A stretch of DNA of 64,000 nucleotides, taken from NCBI RefSeq assembly GCF_000002075.1, contig NW_004797300.1:2240222-2304221 (forward strand), in the 5' to 3' direction. The notes under the pieces were generated by a model. That model saw only the letters and a program-made list of their open reading frames with translations, ran no database searches and had not been told where the DNA came from. Made by a program: the position numbers and the translations under genes. This document shows positions 49,827-62,049 of the stretch, piece after piece (positions within the stretch are counted from its first letter, which is position 1; the number at the start of each line of letters is the position of its first letter). Source of the stretch: Aplysia californica. Lineage: Eukaryota.

Positions 49827-49892
49827 CTTCAGATTCACTGTGGTCACACAGGTAAAGTACACGAGGGAACCGAAGCCAAAATTGCCAATTAT
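49827..49892 (-). CDS. ATP11: ATP11-type P4-ATPase exon (TM8)
   Basis: IIGNFGFGSLVYFTCVTTVNLK. Confidence 0.9.
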
Positions 49893-50178
49893 CTGAAAAG
49901 TAGAATGGTGTGCAACAATTTTGACAAGCNNNNNNNNNNNNNNNNNNNNNNNNNNNNNNNNNNNNNNNNNNNNNNNNNNNNNNNNNNNNNNNNNNNNNNN
50001 NNNNNNNNNNNNNNNNNNNNNNNNNNNNNNNNNNNNNNNNNNNNNNNNNNNNNNNNNNNNNNNNNNNNNNNNNNNNNNNNNNNNNNNNNNNNNNNNNNNN
50101 NNNNNNNNNNNNNNNNNNNNNNNNNNNNNNNNNNNNNNNNNNNNNNNNNNNNNNNNNNNNNNNNNNNNNNNNNNNNNN

Positions 50179-52870
50179 ACAATGAGCGACTAAAATGAAA
50201 CGAAAATATTTTTAAAAACTGTTTTTGTACTCGTATAAACTACCTACCAATTATTATTAGTGAATTTTTTCAAGGGTAGACAGCTTGACATAGAGGGGAG
50301 AGGAAAGTATATGGAAGGAACAAAGACAGATAATAATAAACACAGTAAAGAGAGAGCAAAATGTACTGGCAGAAAAAAGAAGTGTGCATAGAAATCCAAT
50401 ATTGTACTCACAGGACCAAGTCTCCTAAGAGTATCTATTATTATTTTTTTCTAGAGGATAAGCAAACGAAAGAAGTCATGAGACTTAATAATTTCATTGA
50501 AGTATTCATATTTGCACAAAAAAGTCCATCACAAGTTGAGCATCCCAATTTCCATATTCACAAAATGCAAGAGAATGGTTGTTTTATTGCATAAAGACCT
50601 TAGAAGCAATACTAAACTACTGGAAAAGCAAAGAAGGAGAAAAGCCAGAAAGAGGTGGAGGAGCAGAAGAAGAGCGCAGAGAAAAAGAACGCAAAGAAGA
50701 AAATGGCCAAAAAAAACCCAACCCAAATGAAATGAATTCCCCAAAAATCTAACTAAGTCCTTACAAAAAAAATCCTGACCCCAAATCTTGTCACCTCTCA
50801 GCACCAACTCCAAAAGACAGAGACAAACCGATAAAACCAAAACTAAGTCCTTACAAAAAAAATCCTGACCCCAAATCTTGTCACCTCTCAGCACCAACTC
50901 CAAAAGACAGAGACAAACCGATAAAACCAAAAAATGATATAAAAACCCCAAAAAATCAAACTGAAATGAATGGGACAACTAGTAGAACTATAGAGACCTT
51001 GGGGAATAATAATATATGTAAAATTCAACCAACAAAAATTATAATCAAAACCAGAGAGGACAGAACAAATCACATTCAACAAAGGTAGATGAGAGATAAT
51101 ACTTCTCTCTCTTGCCCTTTTTTAATTCCCAGTGGAGCACAGGCCATCAACAGTATTACTCCAGTGAAGCCTGTCCTGAGCATCCTTTTCTATCTGTTTC
51201 CATGATGTCTCCGCTTTTTCAATTTCAGCTTGTACCGCTCGTCTCCATGTCATCTTTGGCCTTCCCTTCTTTCGTTTTCCTTGTGGGTTCCATGTTAAAG
51301 CCTGCCTGATGATGATGCTTGACGGGGGTCCCCTCAGGGTGTGTCCAATCCATTTCCATTTCTTCACCTGTACGTCTTCCTTTATTGGCCTTTGGCTTGT
51401 TCTCTCCCACAGTTGAGCATTAGGTGACTCGATCGTACCACTCGAGAGATAATACTTAGTTTCTGTTTTTTGCATTCCCACAGCTTCGATGCAAAGAAAG
51501 AAACACAATTCAAACCAGCACCATGAGTCCACGACCAGCGCTTTTTCTGTTTTGATTTGTTTCGTTTGCTCACTTTTTTTAGTGCTTTTTTTTGTAACTG
51601 CAGGTGTTTTAATTTTTACCCCCTCCGACACAATTCAGATCATTATCTATAAAGGTTAACCATGTCTGTATCAGGCCTAACCAGGCGCTTCCAAGATGTC
51701 GATCTGTCAAAGACAAGCAATTTTCTCCTCAACAATGGACGTTCGTCTTGAACAGGTAAGACTGATTATCCTCTTGTCTTGTCCAAATCACTCAGCAGCG
51801 GTGAGGTGAACAAAGGCAACTGAACAATAATTCATCGAAACCAGCATCACCAATAATACACCACCAACTACGAGCATACTATTCTAAAATATAAGACTGA
51901 TGGCCCAGCTAATTAACAAGTCATAACCGTGCAACTACTAACAAACGAGACAGACTAAATGAAAGGGCAACATAATGAAGAGGTGAGCCAAAGACAACCA
52001 ACGCACCACACAAATGTGAACAACAACAGCCTCAACTCTAAAGGTGCAGACATCACGGACCATTAACAGAGAGATTACAATGCATGCACTTGGAGGAGTA
52101 CACTTATACATTCCTTATTTTCCACTTCCATCATTACAATTGAACCTCTGCTGTGAAATTCTTGAGTCGAGCATTGTGTACTGTGTATACTTTGTAAGAA
52201 CAACTTCAGTCATTTCAAAAGTTGAGAACGTGACCCTCCATAAGGTCACTGGCCATAAAAAAATATTTATCAAGGAGGATACAAACATCTGTACTTTGAT
52301 CCCACATGAATTCGAACCCCAAACTTCCATGCCCAGGCCAAGTTTACCAAGCTACCTGCAGCACAGTGGCTGACTGTTTGTACTGACCAGAAATCCACCA
52401 GCATAATGATAAACCTATAGTGCTGGGTGAACACCACAATAATGCATAATTACAATTACAGAGACAAAACAAAAAACAAAACAAAATAAAACAAAACTTA
52501 CCAGTGGCACTCGCCAACTTTTGATGCATTCAAAAATAAAGAAGCTGGGTTTGATTAAATTTACGATAAGTTCCCAAAATCGCAGCAACATTTAGACAGG
52601 AAAATAAAATAAAAGGATTGATCACTGTTCACGGAAAGCCCCAAAGATTGCAACAACATTTAGACAGGAACATAATAAATTTTAGTAAAATAGTGAAACA
52701 TTTGTCGTAGTACTTCTCTTAATCGAGTGTCTCTGTTCACTTGCTGTCTCGTCTGTCAAGGCATCTGTGAGTGTTGTTCATTGTTTTTGTTTTGTTTTAG
52801 TAGAGGTTTTACGGTGCTCGCAAATGCATAAGGTCATATGCGCGCCAGAAGATTAGATGTGTTACAAGAG
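50179..52870 (+). repeat. ~2.7 kb direct duplication, copy 2
   Basis: Near-identical to 40363-43060; both copies begin at or near an N gap. Confidence 0.95.
51103..51396 (-). mobile_element. RTE-like LINE 3' fragment (in duplicated block)
   Basis: Same as 41287-41580. Confidence 0.85.
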
Positions 52871-53357
52871 AGTAACACACATAAAAAAGAAGAAGGGGAG
52901 ATAAGGACAATAGATGTTTGATAGGAAAGAAGAAGCAAACCACACCAGAGCAACCGCCAACCACCCACTTGCTCAGTGTGTTCATGTAACACTGCTGACT
53001 CCAGTATCCGTTCATCTAAGCATCATTGTCAGTCATTGGTTACAACTTGAACTTGTTACACATTTCTGTCCAATAAAGACGTCAAGCTCTGGAGTATGAC
53101 TTGTTCATCTTATCTTGTAACAACATTAACCCATCACTAAGTTCCGTAACCTTAAACCTATTGACTGGCTACAGTTAGGCACATTACAATCTCCCCAAAG
53201 ACTCAGAGTCAGAAAAGCCACGTTTTTGCCTGTAAAAATTGTGAGGTGAAGATCTTAGAGTAAGTTATCTACTGGGCTACAGCAGGGGTATGAGGAAGAA
53301 AAAGAAGAGGAAAAAGAAGCCTGTGAGAGAAGAGTATCCCTGAAAAGGAGCTAAGTG

Positions 53358-53686
53358 GCGTCAGTGGCCTAGTGGTTAGGCTCTCGGACTCGCAACCGTA
53401 AGGTCAAGGGCTCGACGTTGTGTCCTTGGGAAAGGCACTTTACACGAATTTTCCTCATTCACCCAGGTGGGAATGGGTACCTGGCTATAGACAGCGAAAG
53501 ATCTTGTCAGTTTGTTAGTGTTTGAGCGCTTAATCGGCTGCTCGCACTGTATGCTTCCCGGGAAGCTGAGAATGTTTCGGAGTGTTCTATGGTCTGCTGG
53601 GGTAATAATATAGTGTAAAGCGCATAGAGCCTGCTGTTGAGCGGGGATATGCGCTATACAAATGCTATCTATTATTATTATTATTA
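53358..53686 (+). mobile_element. tRNA-derived SINE (family D), B box deleted
   Basis: Near-identical body to 45664-46002. Confidence 0.9.
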
Positions 53687-53906
53687 AGTGACCACTGAAC
53701 TGGTCTACCCAATTTTTATTGACAAAGGGAGATAACAAAAAATACATTGCTTCCAAATTTATAGAGCAGTAATCAGAGACAACAAAAAAAACAAAAAACA
53801 GCTGGAAAAGTTCACAATGCATGATAAGCCTGAAAGAAGGTAGAAATCCATGGTAAGGATACTTATAACTCACTGCGAAGAGAGATTAAGATACGTAGTT
53901 ACTCAC

Positions 53907-53986
53907 CTTTCCTGTACTGAAGATTGACACATCATCCCATATAAGAAACATGTAGCCAAAGAAAAATACAAGGCAATGCCATAAAC
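53907..53986 (-). CDS. ATP11: ATP11-type P4-ATPase exon (TM7)
   Basis: GLWHCLVFFFGYMFLIWDDVSIFSTGK. Confidence 0.9.
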
Positions 53987-54572
53987 CTGAGTGAAAGGAC
54001 AGAAAGAAGAAAACAAAACATTCAATTAAAGGCATTTTTGAAAGGAGAGCAACTTTCTCTCCCTCCCTCTTACTGCTGTTAGTTTTATTTTACGGTACTT
54101 GCAACACAATTAGGTCATATAAGTGCTGAAGATTAAAGGTATTACAAGAGAATAGCAAACACAAAAAAGAAGGAAGAGAGAAAAGGACGATAAATGTTTA
54201 ATAAGAAAGAAGTATAAACATGGCTAGACATAAGTAAATCTTTAATAATATGTAGAACATCTTATGTCAAGCACATAGCAAACTTTCTGAAAACAGCTGT
54301 AATTCCCACTAGAAACTGAGTCTACACAAAAACAGTTTCTCCAATTCACAAGTGTTTCGGTTTCGGTATGTGTTTTACGGCGCTCTCAACTGCATAAGGT
54401 CATATGAGCGCACTTTTACGAGGGTGAGTGAAGTAATGTACACGATCGTTTTAGAGGTGAAGGCTCCAACTCCCATGAGAGCAGATGGCTAGCCACTGAC
54501 ATTCATCAGCCCATAGTGAATAATAAATGGTAAAATACATGATTATTCCGAATACAAAACATGAAAAAAAAT

Positions 54573-54811
54573 CCAAAACAAACATCTATCATATCTCCAA
54601 AACAAACATCTATCATATCTCCAAAACAAACATCTATCATATCTCCAAAACAAACATCTATCATATCTCCAAAACAAACATCTATCATATCTCCAAAACA
54701 AACATCTATCATATCTCCAAAACAAACATCTATCATATCTCCAAAACAAACATCTATCATATCTCCAAAACAAACATCTATCATATCTCCAAACCAAACA
54801 TCTATCATATC
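54573..54811. repeat. 24-bp minisatellite, ~10 copies
   Basis: Unit CCAAAACAAACATCTATCATATCT; no spacers. Confidence 0.97.
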
Positions 54812-55017
54812 GATGTATCTATCAAGCTTCAACAATCATCTAAAACTAGTACATATTTTTTAAAAAAGATTTAGAATTAAAAAAAAAATCTCTCTCCACC
54901 CTCTCCTCCTTCAAACCAATAACTGGCAAAACAAAAGAAAAATAAAACACAATCCCAAACTTGTTCTGACACTTAAAAAAAAAATGAAACCAGGCATCAA
55001 AGTGAATGGATACATAC

Positions 55018-55076
55018 CTAAAGCATTCCACTTGAGGAACTCAGGCCATGACAATAAGGCATTTCTGGTGACAGTT
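55018..55076 (-). CDS. ATP11: ATP11-type P4-ATPase exon
   Basis: TVTRNALLSWPEFLKWNAL; phases 2 to 1 fit both neighbours. Confidence 0.9.
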
Positions 55077-55296
55077 CTGAAACAAAATAAGGGTAAACAT
55101 TTAAATTATGTCTTAAAGACGGTCACCCACAGTCTAAGAGAAAACTGATTATCTTAGACAGACGGGCATCTCAAAAAGTGTCTTTATAATATTACAAAAA
55201 GGATGCGAGGAAGGAAGTCGGAAGTGGTCATTTGTTTAAGTGACTGTCTTGAACAGGTGGCAGTTAACACTTTGCCGCCTCTTCTCGCCGATGGAC

Positions 55297-56085
55297 AATA
55301 ATAATAATAATAAATAGCATTTATACTGCGCATTTCCATTTCCTAAAAGATGCTCAATGCGCATTACAATGAAAAAGACATCACATCTTAAAAATTAATC
55401 GACACAAATGTGTACGTAAAACAAAGTATTATACATATAATATAAATGCATATGTGTAAAATTTTATACCAGAAAAACAGTCTCGTAGTGAGGTTGAAAA
55501 TGTGTTCACTAAAAATATACAATGCAATATAAATTCACGAACAGTCAAAATACAGTTGAAACGTGAGTAACTAGAAACATTCATTAAAACATTAATTCTA
55601 TACAGATANNNNNNNNNNNNNNNNNNNNNNNNNNNNNNNNNNNNNNNNNNNNNNNNNNNNNNNNNNNNNNNNNNNNNNNNNNNNNNNNNNNNNNNNNNNN
55701 NNNNNNNNNNNNNNNNNNNNNNNNNNNNNNNNNNNNNNNNNNNNNNNNNNNNNNNNNNNNNNNNNNNNNNNNTCCAGTCTCACAGTCTGGCATACACATG
55801 CATATATATCACAGTACATCATTATGACAGGTATGCTTTTGTGAATAAAAAATGCTTCAGCTGATTTTTGAAAATGGAAATTGTTGGGGCAGATCTTATT
55901 TTATATGGGATTTCGTTCCATACCTGGGGACCAAAGAACAAAAAAGAACGCTCGCCGTATGTTTTGTAGTTTTATTTTGGAGTTTTAAGAATTAGATTGT
56001 CAGAGGCTGATCTAAGGGCTCTAGGTGGATTATATAATTCCAGGAATGTTTTAAGATAAAAAGGTGCACTATCATTTATACCTGT
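55297..56085 (-). mobile_element. L2/CR1-group LINE 3' fragment spanning an N gap
   Basis: APFYLKTFLELYNPPRALRSAS..YGERSF..GPQVWNEIP; (ATT)n tail. Confidence 0.75.
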
Positions 56086-56919
56086 AAAACAGAGAACGAC
56101 GATGTTTACCACCCAGTTTCTTTGGATTTTCCCCAAAATACCTTTGCCTTTCAATGCAAGGGTTTTTACTATATGAGCCTTGTGGCTGCAAAGTGTTAAA
56201 GCAGGTTTGACTGTATTTGGATCTGCTGGGTTTTTTTTCTTTTTTCGAGTTACACAACTTAAATGTGTTTACTGATTTATCAAAATTCTTTTCAAATTTA
56301 TATGCTTTCATGTATATAGCATCAATATGAAACATTTCTTAAGTAGGAAATGCAGACAATAGTAATGTTAGTGGAGCAGTGCCTTACATAGAGTCCAAAA
56401 TGGCAATGAATGCGGGCTATAAAAGATAAGAAACAAACAGGAAAAAAAAAATATGCATAACAACGGAATCACTTGAATTTATTCTGTTCAATAGCTCAAG
56501 AATTAAAAGAAAAAACATCTAGCAAAATTGATTTTATTCAATTTTTCAAACCAACTGCATTATAAATATAAGCCCCCCCCCCCCCCCCCCCCCACCCAAA
56601 GAAAAAAAATAAGAAAAAAACAAAAGATGGCTTCAAAGGAAAAGACTTTTGAGGTATGATATTACCAAAAATATAGAGCTTTTAGATAAACGTACTGAGA
56701 CAACCCTTAAACCACTTAGAGAATTACAGAACATTCAACATGTTTCACACATGGTTCTCTCTTTCAAGACTTTTACATAAAGATTAAATCAGGATCATTT
56801 TGAAACCAAACAAAAAGACCAATAACTCTGGCATGATTTTTTATGCAAACATACATACAGCAAAGATGAAGAAGAAAAAAATTTAATTAAAAAACAAACA
56901 AAGAAGATGTTATTCATAC

Positions 56920-57047
56920 TTGTACAAATGAGGCTTTCCCAGTAGATCCTCCTGCGGCTTGTGTTGTTCAAACAAGCCATAGATAAGGATGGGTAGAGAG
57001 GTGAAGGTCAGGTTGTAGAACAGCAGATAAAATGGATCGAACAACGA
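56920..57047 (-). CDS. ATP11: ATP11-type P4-ATPase exon (TM6)
   Basis: SLFDPFYLLFYNLTFTSLPILIYGLFEQH...KPHLY. Confidence 0.94.
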
Positions 57048-57180
57048 CTGAGGACAAAGCCAAACAAAGCTTGTTAGAACATATTCCAGAGAATAAGCAA
57101 AAGAACAAGAATCTGGACAATAACGGTTTATTTTAAAGCAAAAGTGAAATTATTGGGACACTATCTGTATACATTTAAAC

Positions 57181-57457
57181 CAGGGGACTCAAATTCAAAT
57201 TACCCCGGAGCTGTTGGGGATAGAGTCTAGGTGAACCTGGGCCCTGAGAAATATTCCGCAAAAAGCTTGGGTTATGACGACTTATTCAAGGACACACCAA
57301 CATTCACACCTTGAGTCGCTGACACTTGCTTTACATTATTTTTTAGTCTGAACCCACTGCTCATTCAACCAGTGAACGTGGAATATTTGTTACAGCCCAG
57401 GTTCACCTACACTTTACCCCCAATAACCCCCCAAGTAGTTTGAGTTTAAGACTCCTG
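57181..57457. mobile_element. hAT-like MITE remnant
   Basis: CAGGGGACTCAAA.. and ..TTTGAGTTTAAGACTCCTG ends with internal inverted similarity; TSD not preserved. Confidence 0.55.
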
Positions 57458-57535
57458 AGCTAGAGAAACCATCCTTCCAAAAACTAAATTGTCTGCCAAA
57501 AACAAAGACAACAATTGTAATAACACCAAAGAAAT

Positions 57536-57880
57536 CGTCGGTGGCCTAGTGGTTAGGCTCTCGGACTCACAACCGTAAGGCTGTGGGTTCGAATCCCGTC
57601 AAGGGCCCGACGTTGTGTCCTTGGGAAAGGCACTTTACACGAATTTCCTCATTCACCCAGGTGGGAATGGGTACCCGGCTATAGACAGCGAAAGATCTTG
57701 TCAGTTTGTTAGTGTTTGAGCGCTTAAACGGCTGCTTGCACTGTATGCTTCCCGGGAAGCTGAGAATGTTTCGGAGTGTTCTATGGTCTGCTGGGGTAAT
57801 AAATAGTGTAAAGCGCATAGAGCCTGCTGTTGAGCGGGGATATGCGCTATACAAGTGCTATCTATCATTATTATTATTAT
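57536..57880 (+). mobile_element. tRNA-derived SINE (family D)
   Basis: A/B boxes, same body, (ATT)n tail. Confidence 0.9.
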
Positions 57881-57930
57881 TAAATCAATGGGAAAATCTC
57901 AAAAAAAGCTTTAAGAGGAAATGTTCTCAC

Positions 57931-57990
57931 CTGTTGTGAAAAGTAGCTGAATATGGCGTACAAAAGCTGGGAGGTCACAAACGCTACATT
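57931..57990 (-). CDS. ATP11: ATP11-type P4-ATPase exon (TM5)
   Basis: NVAFVTSQLLYAIFSYFSQQ; phase 0/0. Confidence 0.93.
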
Positions 57991-58043
57991 CTGTGAAGGA
58001 AATAAAAAGACCATCAAACTAGAATTAGTTCTTGTCTTACAGA

Positions 58044-58560
58044 GAGCAGACACACTTGCCAAACGAGGATCTAGACAGGAACAACCCAACACTCCAACTT
58101 CATACAACACTGCAAAACAAATCATCAAAAGCAACAACAAACAAGATTGGATGAACAGATGGGCCCTGGGAAAGACAGGCAGAGCAGTTTTCAAACATAT
58201 GACCACAACAAAAAGGTATGACAATATCAACCGCCTTCAGAGAAAGAAACAGACCACGATCTTCCGCCTACGAACAGAACATATACAGCTCAACTTCCAC
58301 CTGAACAGAATAAACCCGGAACTTCCCCCAATGTGTCCCTTGTGTGACTATGCATATGAGACTGTGGAGCATCACCTGTTCCACTGCACAGCCCTAAATG
58401 ACATCAGAGCTACCCTTCTCCCTCCGAGACCTAACATAGACAACACACTCTATGGAACATTACAGTAACTGCAGCAGACCTGCACTTATCACTACATGGC
58501 ATTGGACAGAAGGGTGAGAGCCCAGCTGTTGCTCGATCGATAACAACAACAACAACAACC
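58044..58560 (+). mobile_element. 5'-truncated I-group LINE (end of RNase H plus CCHC knuckle), (CAA)n tail
   Basis: ADTLAK..IFRLRT..CPLC..ETVEHHLFHC; TSD TGTCTTACAGA. Confidence 0.9.
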
Positions 58561-59123
58561 TGTCTTACAGAAATGCCAACTGGATAAAAAAAAAAATCCC
58601 GAACTTTTCGTACTCAAAGGAAGTGTGCATGTGCCAACTCAACATTTTCCGATTATAATAATATGGGAGGCAGCAAGGTAGAATCATGCGCTCTTCAAAA
58701 TAACGAAAGTAAAGAAATTTACACTGTTCCGCTGGTTGGGTAATTTTTATCTAAATTGTGTTTTTTTTAGCTCAACACCTTCTAGGTCCAATTCAGTGTG
58801 AACATTTCTGTGTGTATATTACTGAAAATCATTGACGGAAGGCAAAAAAATGTAAATTTATAGTTTCCAAGAACCCCTATGCTTTGGAAGTGATCAAACT
58901 TTGGCGGAAATTTTCTTGCTAATCTTACCTCCGACAACAGGCGACCCCCCAAGTCGCAAATATCTCAACCACTACTCAAGATAGATGGGTACTTTTTTCA
59001 TCAAAAGCAAGACAAATGAAGCTTTAAGATGATTCCACTAACTCTACATGCCTAAACACTGACAAGTGCTTGATTCCACTGTGTTGTGACACACATGCTC
59101 ACTTTAGTGAAAAAAACTCTTAC

Positions 59124-59269
59124 CTTGTAAAAAAAGTATTGCACTAGAACAGCTATCCTGTTGTAGAAGAGGTGCCCGTGAAACAAGAGAACCCTGTGTA
59201 GAAAACGGAACTTGCCAAAGGCGTAGTCACTGTTACGGACAGCTTGCCTGCCTTCCTTGCCCATGATAG
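59124..59269 (-). CDS. ATP11: ATP11-type P4-ATPase exon
   Basis: [48 protein letters not shown], typical of the ATP11 class. Confidence 0.96.
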
Positions 59270-59583
59270 CTGCATGAAGAAAAAGGATATAACAAATTAC
59301 CACGGTATATCTTATATTCTAATAATATTTCAAATAGGATACAGAGAGTAAGATAGAAAAATTTCTATCTAGAAACTGATACAAAGATGGGAAATGCATT
59401 TTTTTAAAACATGTATACTCGATCAAATTTTAATACCGTAATGGTGTGTTTTGTCTCATTACAGGCTTCCTTATCTTCTCAGCAAAGAGTCCACTACAAC
59501 TTTGGACACCGTTCACCTCTCTAGTATATTCAATTTCATTGCAACAGCATCACCATTTCCCATCTGTACAGTACTAAAATAAT

Positions 59584-59824
59584 GTTGTTGTTGTTGTAAT
59601 CGATCCAGCAACATCTGGGCTCTCGTCCTTCTGTCCAATGCCATGTAGTGATAAGTGCAGGTTTGCTGCAGTTGCTGTAAGGTTACGTAGAGTGTGTTGA
59701 CGAAGTTAGGTCTCGGAGGGAGAAGGGTTGCTCTGATGTCATTTAGGGCTGTACAGTGGAAAAGGTGATATTCCACTGTCTCATATGCATAGTCACACAA
59801 AGGACACATTGGGGGAAGTTCTGG
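59584..59824 (-). mobile_element. Second, shorter copy of the same LINE, inverted
   Basis: CPLCDYAYETVEYHLFHC; TSD GTACTAAAATAAT at 59571-59583 and 59825-59837. Confidence 0.9.
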
Positions 59825-59993
59825 GTACTAAAATAATAAAGGTGCTCATTTCATTTCATAGTAATAAAAATTAAATTTATACAGCCAATAACTATGCTCT
59901 TTAAAATACTCTCTGTGTATTACAACTATTAAACCTATAATTATAAATATTTCTTAAAAACATATCCTGACATAAGCAAGCCATGGCACTCAC

Positions 59994-60096
59994 CAAGCCC
60001 AACATCAGCTTCCTGTATCATACTGACATCATTGGCTCCGTCCCCGATCGCTGCCGTCACAGGTTTGTCCGGTGAGTTTTTGATGAGAGCAACCAC
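59994..60096 (-). CDS. ATP11: ATP11-type P4-ATPase exon (GDGAND hinge)
   Basis: [34 protein letters not shown]. Confidence 0.96.
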
Positions 60097-60280
60097 CTAA
60101 AAAAACAACAAAAAAACAACAACAAACAATCAAGTATTCAATTTTAGAGTCACATGAAATGATACAAAAGGTCTCAGATTTACTGTTGACAAATACAGTG
60201 GAGTCTGTCTAAACAAAAAAAATCTGTAGGATCCTCAGATTTCCCTTTGTTTAACCAGGATTTCAATTAAGAGAGATATA

Positions 60281-60678
60281 CCACAGCACTGCCATAATGA
60301 CATAAGACCTAACAATTGTGTCCTTCAACCAAACCACCCACCCAACCATGACCTCCTTCCCCTCAAACAACCAACCTTTGCCTTCTGTATGGGTGACATA
60401 CAACAACACAACCCTACCATAATGACGTAGGACTTAACAGTGGTGTCCTCCAAACAACCCAGTCCCACCCCTGACAACTCCCTCCCCCCCCCCCCACTTC
60501 CTCGAAGAACTCACATTTGCCTTCTCTATAGGCGATAAGCGACAACATAGCATTGCCATTACTACATAGGATCTAACAATGGTGTCCTTCAAACAACCCA
60601 TATCCCCTCCCTCCCCCTCTCCAGCAACTCACTTTTGCCTTCTGTATGGGCGACATGCGACAACACAGCACTGCCATA
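60281..60678 (-). repeat. Tandem ~120-135 bp repeats containing the 3' end and donor of ATP11 exon 60633-60789
   Basis: Units translate MAMLCCRLSPIEKAN|GTGAGT and MVGLCCCMSPIQKAK|GTTGGT; a fourth unit is partial. Confidence 0.88.
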
Positions 60679-60789
60679 CACTGTGAGCAAAGCTGGAATA
60701 GCTGGTCTGAGTACTGCAAGGCAAACCTTAGGCTCTGTCCGTCTATCACAAGGGCTGGGTTCTCCACCTCAGTATGTGCATCACTTGTA
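60633..60789 (-). CDS. ATP11: ATP11-type P4-ATPase exon
   Basis: ...ALVIDGQSLRFAL...AVLCCRMSPIQKAK. Confidence 0.94.
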
Positions 60790-60944
60790 CTGAAATATTG
60801 CATAAAGGAAAACAACCAAACAATTTTAGTGTTTTGCAATAAGACACTCATAAAACAAATCAATATCTTAGTGTCAGACTGATGAATGCCATTTTGAAAA
60901 ATGGCGTATGATGGAGTTTTACACAGAGCAGTGGAAATGTTTGT

Positions 60945-61315
60945 TTTAGTAAGGTTATACGGCGCTTGCAACTGCATAAAGTCATATGAGTGCCAAGGGG
61001 TGGATGTCAACAGAGAAGTCCAAATGGGGAATCAGGTTTACTCTTCTCACCTCTCTAGCCTCAAAGGAACAAAGTCTGCACCTCAGAAATAGCAGTTCAC
61101 AAGAGAGTGACAAACATATAAAAGAAGTAGAGGAAAACGATGATAGTAAGAAAGAGGAAAGAAAAAGCAGCAGTTCCCCTTATGTTGTTCCGGCACAGTA
61201 TGAGCATGACATTGATAAATAAGCCCAGTTATAATTCTACTGTGTTAAAGAACATGTTAATATCCCCCCTTTGGGAAAGGCCTTAAGGCACTTCAGTTAG
61301 TAGCACTGCTCTGGG
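60945..61315 (-). mobile_element. Family-C retroposon
   Basis: Aligns to 2505-2830, and its distal end to about 7775-7864. Confidence 0.75.
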
Positions 61316-61349
61316 GGGAGGGGGGGGGGGACAGTCAAAATGTTTGTTT

Positions 61350-61496
61350 TTGTGAAAAGACTCTTAACTTGTAAAAAGAAGTACCGGCATTGCACTAGAA
61401 AAACAATCCTCTTTCAGAAGAGGTGCCTGTGAAACAAAAGTACCTTGTGTAGAAAATGAACTTGCCCAAGGTGTGGCACTTTCCAGTCTGCCTTTC
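61350..61496 (-). pseudogene. Decayed copy of ATP11 exon 59124-59269 located two exons upstream
   Basis: Aligns to 59105-59255 including adjacent intron bases; has indels, and donor AAG|GTAAGA is changed to AAG|TTAAGA. Confidence 0.85.
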
Positions 61497-61900
61497 CAAT
61501 TATAGCAATCACCAGGAAACGGTTTAAAAGAAAACAAAATTTATGTTCATTGATACAGACCCTAAAGGAGGCTGGGTTGATACTGTATTTTTTTTCTCTC
61601 AGGAATATAAGGTCACAGACAAAATGATTTCAGCAACTGTGAGTGGTACACTTTCTAAAAAAGCAAATGATCATTGTTTTCAAATTTTGAGAAATGCTAG
61701 CTTTTCAATGAGCTGTTTTAAAAACTGAAACCACAGAAGCCTTAATTTCTATGACAACTGCAAAGTCAGTTCAGACGACATCTCATCCTGCAACACCACC
61801 TTCAATATTCACACAGAGTTGAAACAAAACCCAGAGTGTAGGAGTGCACATGTATATTTATAGGTATTTCAACAAAACATACACCAGTTCGCCTACTCAC

Positions 61901-62049
61901 AGATGCAACAAATGCCTGATCTGTTCGACACACTGCTCATCCGAGTTGACCTGCGTGAGTCTCATTTCCGTCATCTCCGAGTTGAAGTGACCAGCAGAGT
62001 GACTGATGTTCACAGCTGTCTCTTCTTTATCCCCTGTCAACACCCACAC
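61901..62049 (-). CDS. ATP11: ATP11-type P4-ATPase exon
   Basis: VWVLTGDKEETAVNISHSAGHF... (TGDK motif). Confidence 0.95.

Noticed and set aside
54573-54811. Regular 24-bp repeats and the repetitive ORFs on both strands
   Set aside because: Head-to-tail minisatellite with no unique spacers, so not CRISPR. The ORFs arise because the unit length is a multiple of 3.
57953-58468. 171-aa plus-strand ORF as a host gene
   Set aside because: It is a TSD-flanked truncated LINE fused to the antisense of an ATP11 exon.
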